Made by a program: the position numbers and the translations under genes. From Bacteroidota bacterium (lineage in GTDB: Bacteria; Bacteroidota; Bacteroidia; Flavobacteriales; Flavobacteriaceae), in assembly GCA_018829465.1 (NCBI GenBank), contig JAHJTN010000009.1, positions 40,557-104,556 on the forward strand: a stretch of DNA of 64,000 nucleotides. The letters run 5' to 3'. The first letter of the stretch is position 1. Every line of letters begins with the position of its first letter. The notes beneath the pieces were generated by a model that searched no databases, was not told the origin of the DNA, and saw nothing but the letters and a program-made list of their open reading frames with translations. Positions 28,889 to 38,378 of this stretch are shown here, piece by piece.

Positions 28889-31654
28889 TTAAGCATTTTC
28901 TTTTTCGAAAACACTCTGAATGATGCGGTCGTGTCTTCGTTTGAACCTAACGGAACTTCCCGCAGCGGGCGCACCGTAAAATTTACCGGAACACACACGG
29001 AAGTGTCGCGCTTCTTCAAAGTGGAGCAACAGGAAGCCATAAGCGCCCATATTACGCGGTTCTTCCTGTGCCCAAACGACATCTTCTGCTTGGTATTTGT
29101 TCATCAGTGTTTTCATGGTTTCGGTAGGCAATGGAAACAATTGTTCGATACGAACCAAAGCCACATCGTTTCTGTTTCGCTTTTCGCGTTCTTCCAACAA
29201 TTCGTAGTAGAACTTACCGGTACAGAACACCAATGTTTTTACGTTTTTTGGATTCACGTCTGCATCGTCTATCACCTTTTGGAAAGTGCCATTTGCCAAT
29301 TCCTCAACTGTTGAAACCACTTTGGGATGGCGCAAGAGGCTTTTGGGTGTAAACACGATGAGCGGTTTGCGATAGTTCACTTTCATTTGGCGTCGCAACA
29401 AGTGATAGAAGTTGGCAGGTGTGGTACAATCGGCCACAAACATATTGTCTTTGGCACAGAGTTGTAGGTATCTTTCCATGCGAGCAGAGGAATGTTCGGC
29501 ACCTTGCCCTTCGTAGCCGTGGGGCAATAACAATACGATGCCATTTTGCAACTTCCATTTGTCCTCGGCAGCAGATATGTATTGGTCTATCATGATTTGT
29601 GCGCCGTTGCTGAAATCGCCAAACTGCGCTTCCCAGATGGTCAAACAATTGGGAGATGCCATGGCATAACCATAGTCAAAACCTACTACGCCGTATTCGG
29701 AAAGCAATGAGTTGTAGATAAATACATCGCCTTGGTTTTTATCTAAATTGCTGAGCAATACGACTTCTTCTTCGGAGTCTTCTACTTTGAGTACGGCGTG
29801 TCTGTGGGAAAAGGTGCCGCGTTCTACATCTTGTCCAGAGAGTCTTAGGTCGTAACCCTCAGCCAACAATGTGGCATAAGCCAGTAGTTCACCCATGGCC
29901 CAATCAAGACTGTTTTTTTCAAAATACATATTGTGTCTATCCTGTATGAGTTTCTGTATTTTTCGGATAAACTTTTTGTCTTTGGGCAGTTCCGTAATGG
30001 ATTTGGCCAGGGCGTCTAATTTTTCTTGAGGATAGGTTGTATCCACTTCCTCACTCATTTGGTGTTCATCAACTGTTTCAAACCCATCCCATTCATCTTG
30101 CATAAATGGCATAATAACGGTCTTTTCTTCTTTTTTGGAAGCCTCTAGGTCTTCTTCCAAATCTTCTTTAAATTCTTTTTCGAGTTGGGCAATGTATTTA
30201 TCGTCTATAACACCTTCTGCTTCTAAAATTTTAGCATATCTGTCGCGTGCATTGGTATGGCTTGCTATGGCTTTGTATAATTTGGGCTGGGTAAAGCGGG
30301 GTTCATCTCCCTCGTTGTGTCCGTATTTTCGGTACCCCAACAAGTCTATAAACACATCACTTTGAAACGCCATGCGATATTTTAAAGCAAATACGCATGC
30401 GTGTACTACGGCTTCTACGTCGTCGGCATTGACGTGGAGAACAGGAGACAGGGTGACTTTTCCTACATCGGTACAATAGGTGCTGGAGCGTGCATCGAGG
30501 TAGTTGGTGGTAAAACCGATTTGATTGTTGATTACAATATGAATGGTTCCGGCTGTTTTATATCCGTCTAGTTTGGCCATTTGTACAATTTCGTAAACGA
30601 TGCCTTGTCCGGCTATTGCTGCGTCGCCATGGACTACTATGGGCAGCACTTTGGAGAAGTCATCAGGAAAATGTTTGTCTTGTTTAGAACGCGTAATGCC
30701 TTCTGCTACAGCACCAACTGTTTCGAGATGTGATGGATTGGGTGCTATGTTCATGTTGATGGATTTACCGCTTTGGCTGGTTCTGTTGCTGGTCCAGCCG
30801 AGGTGATATTTCACATCGCCGTCAAAAATAGCTTGGTCGTAATCTTTGCCGTCGAATTCGTTAAATATGTCTTTGGGCGATTTACCGAATATATTTGACA
30901 AAACATTCAGCCTGCCTCGGTGTGCCATTCCCATGACGAATTGTTCTACGCCCATGTCGGCAGCTTTTTCGATAATCACGTCGAGTGCCGGAATCAGTGA
31001 TTCGCCACCTTCCAAAGAAAACCGCTTTTGACCTACGTATTTGGTGTGCAGGAATGTTTCAAAAGCATAGGCTTGATTCAGTTTATAGAGGATGTGCTTT
31101 TTTTCTTCCGAAGAAAAAGAGGTTGCGTTTTCGTTTTTGGCCAATTCGTCTTGAATCCACGATATCACTTTAGGGTCGCGGATGTACATGTATTCTATGC
31201 CTATGGAATTGCAGTACACTTTTTGTAGGTGCTCGATGATTTTTCGCAAACTGGTTGGCCCCAAACCTACAACATCGCCTGCGTTGAACACCTTGTCAAG
31301 GTCTGCATTTTCCAGTCCGAAATTTTCTATATCCAAGGTAGGGAAGTACTTGCGCCTTTCGCGTACCGGATTGGTTTTGGTGAACAAATGTCCGCGCGTC
31401 CGATAGCCTTCAATGAGTTTGACTACACAAAATTCTTTCTGAACGTCTTTCGGGACATCAATTTTTTGCGTGCCGGTGTCCACTACTATAGTAGATTCGC
31501 CTTGATTTACAGATTCGGAGGCCACAGCAAAATCGTAGCCTTGAAAAAAGGCGCGCCAACTGGGCTCTACAGCATCCGGGTTGATGAGGTATTGGTCGTA
31601 TAGTTCGGCAAAAAAGGAGGTATGCGCTGCGTTTAAAAAGGAAAATCTATCCAT
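28889..31654 (-). CDS. sucA: 2-oxoglutarate dehydrogenase E1 component
   Basis: 921 aa. Its length and conserved blocks (GMAHRGRLNVL, HGDAAIAGQG, LLPHGYEGQGAEHSS) are diagnostic of E1o. Confidence 0.95.
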   Translation of the reverse strand: MDRFSFLNAAHTSFFAELYDQYLINPDAVEPSWRAFFQGYDFAVASESVNQGESTIVVDTGTQKIDVPKDVQKEFCVVKLIEGYRTRGHLFTKTNPVRERRKYFPTLDIENFGLENADLDKVFNAGDVVGLGPTSLRKIIEHLQKVYCNSIGIEYMYIRDPKVISWIQDELAKNENATSFSSEEKKHILYKLNQAYAFETFLHTKYVGQKRFSLEGGESLIPALDVIIEKAADMGVEQFVMGMAHRGRLNVLSNIFGKSPKDIFNEFDGKDYDQAIFDGDVKYHLGWTSNRTSQSGKSINMNIAPNPSHLETVGAVAEGITRSKQDKHFPDDFSKVLPIVVHGDAAIAGQGIVYEIVQMAKLDGYKTAGTIHIVINNQIGFTTNYLDARSSTYCTDVGKVTLSPVLHVNADDVEAVVHACVFALKYRMAFQSDVFIDLLGYRKYGHNEGDEPRFTQPKLYKAIASHTNARDRYAKILEAEGVIDDKYIAQLEKEFKEDLEEDLEASKKEEKTVIMPFMQDEWDGFETVDEHQMSEEVDTTYPQEKLDALAKSITELPKDKKFIRKIQKLIQDRHNMYFEKNSLDWAMGELLAYATLLAEGYDLRLSGQDVERGTFSHRHAVLKVEDSEEEVVLLSNLDKNQGDVFIYNSLLSEYGVVGFDYGYAMASPNCLTIWEAQFGDFSNGAQIMIDQYISAAEDKWKLQNGIVLLLPHGYEGQGAEHSSARMERYLQLCAKDNMFVADCTTPANFYHLLRRQMKVNYRKPLIVFTPKSLLRHPKVVSTVEELANGTFQKVIDDADVNPKNVKTLVFCTGKFYYELLEEREKRNRNDVALVRIEQLFPLPTETMKTLMNKYQAEDVVWAQEEPRNMGAYGFLLLHFEEARHFRVCSGKFYGAPAAGSSVRFKRRHDRIIQSVFEKENA

Positions 31655-31850
31655 AATGAATTGTAATTCAATTTATTAAATCAAAATAAATGCTAAGTAA
31701 AGTTAAAACAAAAAAACTACGCATCTTATGTCGTAAATGTTTTTCTGAATATACAAAAATAAGGGTTTATTTAATTTTGGTGCGCACTTGTTCTCAAATA
31801 AAAAAGTAGAAGCTTATTGGATGTTTGATTTGGAATAATTTGTCGTGAAC

Positions 31851-32198
31851 TTAGAATTTTGCAAACTTCTTTCTGGATTCAATTTTTTCCCATGTTCTTT
31901 TGAGTATGAGCCATGTAATGGCTTCTTCAGGCGTACCTTTTTGGGCAGCTATCAATTTGCCGAGTGCAATTTCGCTAACATCAACTACATACAACAAATT
32001 CTGAAGTGCATCTGGTTTTCCTGCGATGCATTGATGGATTATACCCAACAATTCATTTGCAAAATCGGTTGATGATATATTACCACTTACATGTGCTTTT
32101 ACGCCGGCTCTGTCAAAGTCTTTGTTAAGTTGGTCTGCCATCGCACGTATGTCGGGCGGTGGAGCCATAAAATTTATGATGTCTGACGCAGGTTTCAC
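31851..32198 (-). CDS. Hypothetical protein
   Basis: 115 aa. ATGA overlap with the ferritin stop suggests co-transcription. No motif recognised. Confidence 0.45.
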   Translation of the reverse strand: MKPASDIINFMAPPPDIRAMADQLNKDFDRAGVKAHVSGNISSTDFANELLGIIHQCIAGKPDALQNLLYVVDVSEIALGKLIAAQKGTPEEAITWLILKRTWEKIESRKKFAKF

Positions 32199-32707
32199 TG
32201 CGGTGCGGCTTGTGTAGTGACAGACAGTTGCTGTATGTCTCTGTCAAAAAGGTACAGACCACCTTTGTCGTCTCCGATCATATTTATTTTGTCCAAAATG
32301 GTTTTGGCTTGCGCTTCCTCTTCTAGTTGTTCGGCCACGTACCACTGTAGAAAATTGTGGGTAGAATAATCTTTTTCATCTAGCGCAAGACCTACAAGTT
32401 TGTTAATACTCTCCGACACAAAAAGTTCGTGCTCGTAAAGTTTTTTAAACATTTCTTTAAAAGATTCGAACCGGTTGTTTGGTGCTTTGAGCTCGGTGAT
32501 TTCCACAGCGGCATCGCGCTCGTGCATAAACTTAATGAGTTTGAGCATATGAAGTCGTTCTTCATCTGATTGTTTGTACATAAATTTAGCCACACCTTCT
32601 AAGCCTTTCATTTCGGCCCAACCGGCCATGGCTAAATATACTTGAGAGGATTCTGCTTCAATACGAACCTGCTCATTGAGTGCTTTTTGAATTTTATCGC
32701 TTAACAT
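32195..32707 (-). CDS. Non-haem ferritin
   Basis: 170 aa. Ferritin-like di-iron ligands in the blocks EAESSQVYLAMA, QSDEERLHMLK and EQLEEE. Confidence 0.88.
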   Translation of the reverse strand: MLSDKIQKALNEQVRIEAESSQVYLAMAGWAEMKGLEGVAKFMYKQSDEERLHMLKLIKFMHERDAAVEITELKAPNNRFESFKEMFKKLYEHELFVSESINKLVGLALDEKDYSTHNFLQWYVAEQLEEEAQAKTILDKINMIGDDKGGLYLFDRDIQQLSVTTQAAPQ

Positions 32708-33406
32708 AACAAAAGAATTAAATTTAGTTAGAAAAATATTTGTCTCGTTGTTTTGTGGATGTTGACATGGACTTCCAAAATTGGTTTTACATCAAATCTA
32801 AGAACACCGTCCGAGTTACTTTGAATCGGAATTTGATGCTTTTTGCAGATTGAAAAAACCATTTCGCCATTTTGTTTGCAGCCAAACATACTCTAAACCA
32901 AACTTTGGCGTATTTCAGTTTGTCTCCAAAACATCTACACCGCTAAGATAGTAAATAAAATCAGGATAATGAAGTGTTCACAGCGCGTTTATGGCGATTT
33001 TTAAATATTTTAAATAATCATTATATGCTAGGGAAACGCCCCAATAACGCTAATACTTCTTTAGGAGGAATGTATTTGCGCTTTGTATGGAGAAAGTGCA
33101 TTCACTTGGGTTGGTTTGAAACAGTTGAACCTTTCCGGCATCGATTGTGCCTAATGCGTGTGATGCACTATAAATTAAAGCAGATGTTTTTTTTAATGAT
33201 GTGAGAGTTGTGTCTTTTTTTAAGCGAAGTTAGTGTTTGCATAAAGGCAAACATCGAAAATTTTGTTACTTTAGCGAATGTCTTTTGTAATAAGATATGT
33301 TGGCTATAGTGAGGTGTTACTACTCAAAAAAGCCATACAGAAAAAGCTATGCAAAAGTCAGAGGGAGGTCTTCAAAAATATTAAATATCGGTAAACGAGA
33401 TATAAA

Positions 33407-33620
33407 GATGAAACGACCATGTAAAAATTTTGCATACAGGCGGATGATTATTTATGGCGTTCCATTCCTGTGCTGAGCTTGTCGAAGCATGACCACTTAA
33501 AAACAAATAAATATAAACAGATGAAATACCCATGTAAAATTATTGACACACAGGAGTATGATTATCCTAGGGCGTTTCATCTGACCACTTAAAAACAAAT
33601 AATATAAACAGATGAAACAT
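33407..33620 (+). repeat. Two tandem units (B 33407-33519, C 33520-33610) of the ~91-bp repeat family; the 3' end provides the ATG of the MlaE-like gene
   Basis: Each unit starts gATGAAAyrmCCATGTAAAA and ends AAAAACAAATAA(A)TATAAACA, followed by gATGAAA. Unit B carries an extra ~23-24 nt. Confidence 0.8.
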
Positions 33621-34349
33621 ATTCGAAATATTGGAAAGTATTTTATCATGTTGCGAAAAGTTTTTTCCAATCCGCCCAGAGGGTGCGATTTCAGGGAAGT
33701 GTTGGTAAAAGAAATAGACGATTTAATTCTCAATTCGATGGGAATTGTCGCTTTTGTCTCTTTTTTTGTGGGCGGCGTGGTAAGTATTCAAACCGCACTC
33801 AATTTAACCAATCCTATTCTGCCAAAATTTCTGATTGGCTTTGCCACCAGACAATCCATCATCTTAGAGTTTTCACCAACCTTTTTATCCATCATTATGG
33901 CCGGAAAAGTGGGTTCCTTTATCACTTCAAGCATCGGTACCATGCGGGTGACCGAACAAATTGACGCTTTAGAAGTGATGGGCGTAAACTCGCTCAACTA
34001 TCTTATTTTTCCAAAAATTATTGCATTGATGCTCTATCCGTTTATCATCGCCATCAGCATGTTTCTGGGAGTTGTGGGTGGCTGGACGGCGGCTGTGATG
34101 GGTGGTTTTGCCACCACTACAGATTACATACAGGGCATACAAATCGATTTTATTCCCTATCACATCGCCTACGCTTTTATCAAAACATGTGTCTTTGCCT
34201 TTATTTTAGCCACCATTCCTTCATTCCACGGCTATTATATGCGTGGTGGTGCGCTCGAAGTGGGCAAAGCCAGTACAACAGCCTTTGTATGGACGAGTGT
34301 GACCATCATCGTATTGAATTATATACTTACTCAAATGTTGCTCAGCTAA
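33612..34349 (+). CDS. mlaE: MlaE-family ABC transporter permease
   Basis: 245 aa, polytopic. N-terminal cytoplasmic region followed by MlaE-type TM blocks (..VTEQIDALEVMG..). Confidence 0.8.
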   Translation: MKHIRNIGKYFIMLRKVFSNPPRGCDFREVLVKEIDDLILNSMGIVAFVSFFVGGVVSIQTALNLTNPILPKFLIGFATRQSIILEFSPTFLSIIMAGKVGSFITSSIGTMRVTEQIDALEVMGVNSLNYLIFPKIIALMLYPFIIAISMFLGVVGGWTAAVMGGFATTTDYIQGIQIDFIPYHIAYAFIKTCVFAFILATIPSFHGYYMRGGALEVGKASTTAFVWTSVTIIVLNYILTQMLLS

Positions 34350-35113
34350 TGATTAAAGTCGAAAATTTATGCAAATCCTTTGACGGCGTAGAAATTTTAA
34401 AAAACATCTCTACCTGCTTTGATGAAGGAAAAACAAATTTGATTATTGGGTCGAGCGGCTCGGGCAAAACGGTTTTTCTCAAGTGTATGCTTGGCTTATA
34501 CAAACCCGATTCGGGTATCATCACTTTTGACGGTCTTACCTACAGCGAAGCAGATTACGAATCGCAAATGACTTTGCGGACTAAAATTGGAATGGTTTTT
34601 CAAGGAAGCGCACTATTTGATTCTATGTCGGTGGCCGGCAACGTGATGTTTCCGCTGAACATGTTTTCAAAAATGAACAAAGCCGAGATGAAAGCGCGCG
34701 TAGATCAGGTTTTGGAACGCGTCAACCTACAAGATGCACAACACAAGCTGCCATCTCAAATTTCGGGAGGTATGCAAAAACGGGTAGCCATCGCACGCAG
34801 TATCGTATTAAATCCCAAATATTTGTTTTGCGACGAACCCAACTCGGGTTTGGATCCCAAAACATCTATCATGATAGACAACCTGATTCAAGAAATAACA
34901 AGAGAATACAACATTACCACTGTGATCAATTCGCACGACATGAACTCTGTGATGGAAATTGGCGAAAAAATAATTCTTCTCAAAGGAGGCAAAAAAGCAT
35001 GGGAAGGCACCAACAAAGAGATTTTTAAAACAGACAATAAAGCAGTGACAGATTTCGTTTACTCATCAAACCTTATGAAAAAGGTACGCGAAGTCTACAG
35101 ACGCGAAAACTAA
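34349..35113 (+). CDS. mlaF: MlaF-like ABC transporter ATP-binding protein
   Basis: The track ORF starts at 34187, but the ATG at 34349 (MIKVENLCKSF) overlaps the mlaE stop as TAATG. Walker A GSSGSGKT, signature ISGGMQKR, Walker B LFCDEP. Confidence 0.85.
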   Translation: MIKVENLCKSFDGVEILKNISTCFDEGKTNLIIGSSGSGKTVFLKCMLGLYKPDSGIITFDGLTYSEADYESQMTLRTKIGMVFQGSALFDSMSVAGNVMFPLNMFSKMNKAEMKARVDQVLERVNLQDAQHKLPSQISGGMQKRVAIARSIVLNPKYLFCDEPNSGLDPKTSIMIDNLIQEITREYNITTVINSHDMNSVMEIGEKIILLKGGKKAWEGTNKEIFKTDNKAVTDFVYSSNLMKKVREVYRREN

Positions 35114-35137
35114 CTATGTATCACTAAATTAATTATT

Positions 35138-35734
35138 ATGAAAAAAACAGCTGTTTTGCTAGCACTGTGTGTTAGCATCATGTCAAGTTCATGTTTGGGC
35201 TCATTCAATGCTTTCAACAACCTTAAAGACTGGAACGATGGCGCCACAGACAATCGGTACGTCAACAATGCGATCTTCTGGGGTTTGTGGATTATCCCGG
35301 CCTATCCGCTTTTCTTTTTAGGCGATTTGATTATTTTTAACGTAATCGAATTTTGGTCCGGCTCCAACCCAATCGTTATGTTGGATGGCGAGTTTGAAAG
35401 CCAATTGGTACACCACAAAGGTGTAGATTACAGATTGGAAGCGCGTAAAAACCAATTTGATATCTACGTGACATCCGGCGAAAAAGCCGGGAAAAGCGTA
35501 CACATGTATTACACACCTGAAAACAAAACTTGGTTTGCACAAAATCCGGAAGGCGCAGATATTAAGCTGACCTCTTTTAAAGACGGTATGCATTTGGTTT
35601 ATTTACCCGACGGGCAAACCGTAAAAATACCGCAAGACTTTACGCGTCATCAAGGCGTTTCGCTGTTGCAATCAGCTGCGTATGCCGCGCACAGTTCATC
35701 TCCGAAAGAAGCCGCTGTGCAGGTAACTGAATAA
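35138..35734 (+). CDS. DUF3332-like lipoprotein
   Basis: 198 aa. Lipobox MSSSC. GSFNAFNNLKDWN..IFNVIEFWSG block. Confidence 0.6.
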   Translation: MKKTAVLLALCVSIMSSSCLGSFNAFNNLKDWNDGATDNRYVNNAIFWGLWIIPAYPLFFLGDLIIFNVIEFWSGSNPIVMLDGEFESQLVHHKGVDYRLEARKNQFDIYVTSGEKAGKSVHMYYTPENKTWFAQNPEGADIKLTSFKDGMHLVYLPDGQTVKIPQDFTRHQGVSLLQSAAYAAHSSSPKEAAVQVTE

Positions 35735-35756
35735 ACTTGAACGGAAACAATCCAAA

Positions 35757-35788
35757 GGCGTGTATCTAAACATACGCGCCTTTTTTTG
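35757..35788 (+). terminator. Intrinsic terminator
   Basis: GGCGTGTAT-ctaaac-ATACGCGCC (9-bp stem with one G-U pair) followed by TTTTTTT. Confidence 0.75.
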
Positions 35789-35831
35789 AAAAATTCTTTT
35801 AACTTTGTAAGGACAACTATATAACATTATT

Positions 35832-36161
35832 ATGGAAAAGATTACTCCCGACAACGGAAAAACCATAGCCATCATCTCTTATATAACCTTGATAGGGTTG
35901 ATTTTGGCCTTCGTGATGAACCACGACAAAAAACTTCCATTGGCTTCTTATCACATACGCCAATCCTTGGGCATCGTACTTTCTTATTTGGTGCTCGGAT
36001 TTGTCAATGTCATTCCGCTTCTCGGCCAAATGGTTTTTGTGGTGGGCGCTATACTGCTGCTCATCATGTGGATAAAAGGTCTTATCAACGCAGTTAATGA
36101 AAAAATGGAACCTGTTCCGCTTTTGGGCAACTATTTCGCAAATTGGTTCAGCACCATTTAA
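35832..36161 (+). CDS. Small integral membrane protein (DUF4870-like)
   Basis: 109 aa, 3 TM. An exact TAACTTTG -7 box lies 24 nt upstream (35800-35807). Confidence 0.55.
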   Translation: MEKITPDNGKTIAIISYITLIGLILAFVMNHDKKLPLASYHIRQSLGIVLSYLVLGFVNVIPLLGQMVFVVGAILLLIMWIKGLINAVNEKMEPVPLLGNYFANWFSTI

Positions 36162-36243
36162 AAATGCTGCCTTTTTGCCGTCCTTTTTTAATAAAAATAC
36201 GTGTTTTTCAACAGATTTTATACCTTAGTGAAAATTTTTTGTT

Positions 36244-36921
36244 TTGCAGCACATACTAATAGTTGAAGACCACGAAGGGGTTTCATCCTTTATCAAAGAA
36301 GGTTTGACAGAGGAGGGATTTTCCGCTGAAATTGCCAAAGACGGCTATCAGGCGCTCGATTTTTACAAGAAAAACACCTATGACCTTATTTTACTAGATT
36401 GGAGCTTACCCAAGATGAGCGGTTTGGAGGTGTGTCGCGAAATAAGAAAGCAAAACGAGCAAATTCCCATTCTGTTTCTCACGGCCAAAGACACTTTGCA
36501 AGACACCATCAACGGACTTCGTGCCGGTGCCAATGACTACATCAAAAAGCCCTTTAGTTTTGAAGAACTGCTAGAGCGCATCAAAGTACACTTTAGAAAT
36601 CCGACCGATGAGCCTACCGCACTTTTACAGCTCAAAGAACTCACTATCAATACGGATACCTATCAGGTTTTTGTAGAAAATGAAGAGGTCCTCCTCACGC
36701 GACGCGAATTCGACTTATTGAAATATTTGGTTATAAACAAAGAAAAAGTTTGTACCCGCGAACATATCATTCGCGATGTTTGGAACATTCACTTTGAATA
36801 TGACACCGGCGTAATCGATGTGTTTATGAACGCCATTCGGAAAAAACTGGGTATCAAAGCCAATTCTCATTTTATCAAAACCATCAGAGGTGTGGGTTAT
36901 ATGGCAACAGAAAAATCTTAA
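36244..36921 (+). CDS. OmpR-family response regulator
   Basis: 225 aa, TTG start. Receiver domain Asp in LILLDWSLP. Winged-helix C-terminus ..IKTIRGVGY. Confidence 0.9.
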   Translation: MQHILIVEDHEGVSSFIKEGLTEEGFSAEIAKDGYQALDFYKKNTYDLILLDWSLPKMSGLEVCREIRKQNEQIPILFLTAKDTLQDTINGLRAGANDYIKKPFSFEELLERIKVHFRNPTDEPTALLQLKELTINTDTYQVFVENEEVLLTRREFDLLKYLVINKEKVCTREHIIRDVWNIHFEYDTGVIDVFMNAIRKKLGIKANSHFIKTIRGVGYMATEKS

Positions 36922-36926
36922 ATAAA

Positions 36927-38309
36927 GTGTCTAATCTATCCTTCACCGACCGTATTGCCTTTCACTTTATTTTAAGCTCGGGCATCCTGTTGTTTATGGC
37001 ATTTGCCGTTACTTTTTTAATTGCTTACCTCACCGTAAACGACCGTGTTAATGATGATTTAATACAAGAATCGTCTCAACACCTGTCTGAATTGTACATT
37101 TCGGATGGCCAAATTCACTTCAAAGACCTCAACGAATGGCTTGAAAGAGAGCACAATACCGTAGAAGTAAACCCTGTTTTTATTCAAATAGTTGATCAGG
37201 CCGGTAATATTTACGAAAAATCTCCCAATCTTCGAGAAGAAGTGCTTCCGTTTGACAAGAGTGATTCGAGCTATCATTTTTTTGACACCCAATTCAACAA
37301 CCAATGGGTGCGACAAGTTCAAGTTCCTTTCTATGATGGTTACGATTTGATTGGACACCTCATTGTAGCAATTTCATTGGAAGATTCCAAAGCCATTTTG
37401 GGCAACCTAAGAAAAGTCATGTTTCTTACCTATCCGGCGTGTTTGATTTTGCTGTTTTTTTTAGCCAAATTTTATGCGAAGAGAAGCATTCAACCGGTCA
37501 AAGAAATCATCCAAACCGCCAATACCATCAACAAGGAAAATTTATCTACCCGAATCAAATTACCCGAAAACGAAGACGAGTTGTACACGCTGTCTGTCAC
37601 CATAAACAATTTGTTGGACAGGATAGAAAATACCATTCAACGAGAAAAACAATTTACTTCCGATGCATCACATGAGTTTCGCACACCCATAGCCGCCGTT
37701 AAGGGAACACTCGAAGTATTGACACGAAAAGATCGAGATCCCGAACACTATCGGGATAAAGTTGCCTATTGCATAGGTGAACTAAACCTGCTGCACAATA
37801 TGATGGAACAACTCTTGCTGATTGCCCGTGCCGAAAACCAACACCTAGAAACGCACATAGAGCGCATACAACTGGAAGAAACCGTCATGCAAACCCTAGA
37901 GCGTTACAAATTAAAAATAGAAAAATACGGTGTAAAAGTGGTTTTTGATATTTCAGAGCCTATCACAGTACAAACCGACCGCAATCTCATCGCCATCATA
38001 CTGAACAATCTTATTTCCAATGCAATCAAATATTCTCCACAAGGCGGTAAGATTTATATCACTATCGCAAAAAACAAACGAGGAATTCTGCTTAGTATCA
38101 AAGACGAAGGCATTGGCATAGATGAAGAATCTTTGGAGTTAATTTTTGACAGGTTCTACCGATCCGAATCCGGTAGAGAACAAGCAGCTGTAGGCAGCGG
38201 ATTGGGATTGTCTATTGTCAAAAAACTCTGCGATTATTTGTCCATTAAAATTGATGTGAAAAGTCAATCACAACAAGGATCCGAGTTTACTTTGGTGTTT
38301 GACAAATAA
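36927..38309 (+). CDS. Sensor histidine kinase (2 TM, HAMP, HisKA, HATPase_c)
   Basis: 460 aa. H-box SDASHEFRTP. N/G boxes NAIKYSP, DEGIGI and GSGLGLS. Confidence 0.9.
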   Translation: MSNLSFTDRIAFHFILSSGILLFMAFAVTFLIAYLTVNDRVNDDLIQESSQHLSELYISDGQIHFKDLNEWLEREHNTVEVNPVFIQIVDQAGNIYEKSPNLREEVLPFDKSDSSYHFFDTQFNNQWVRQVQVPFYDGYDLIGHLIVAISLEDSKAILGNLRKVMFLTYPACLILLFFLAKFYAKRSIQPVKEIIQTANTINKENLSTRIKLPENEDELYTLSVTINNLLDRIENTIQREKQFTSDASHEFRTPIAAVKGTLEVLTRKDRDPEHYRDKVAYCIGELNLLHNMMEQLLLIARAENQHLETHIERIQLEETVMQTLERYKLKIEKYGVKVVFDISEPITVQTDRNLIAIILNNLISNAIKYSPQGGKIYITIAKNKRGILLSIKDEGIGIDEESLELIFDRFYRSESGREQAAVGSGLGLSIVKKLCDYLSIKIDVKSQSQQGSEFTLVFDK

Positions 38310-38330
38310 CTTGGGGCAAACACAAAAAAA

Positions 38331-38352
38331 AGACCGAAGCATGCTTCAGTCT
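38331..38352. terminator. Bidirectional hairpin terminator between convergent genes
   Basis: AGACCGAAGC-AT-GCTTCAGTCT (one mismatch), preceded by A8 and followed by TTTT. Confidence 0.65.
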
Positions 38353-38378
38353 TTTAAGTATTGAATTAAATGCTTTTT

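Noticed and set aside
32974-33204. 76-aa + strand ORF in the long intergenic gap
   Set aside because: No recognisable motif, atypical composition (many Met/Leu/Arg/Trp), and no promoter-like box at a suitable distance. I keep it only as part of the ORF-poor-gap finding.
33407-33620. Possible CRISPR array or coding leader peptides in the tandem repeat
   Set aside because: There are only two adjacent units of 91-113 nt, with no unique spacers and no cas genes, so this is not a CRISPR array. The short upstream ORFs are similar in copies A and B. A 1-nt indel in copy C frameshifts it (MKYPCKIIDTQ..), so peptide conservation is not supported.
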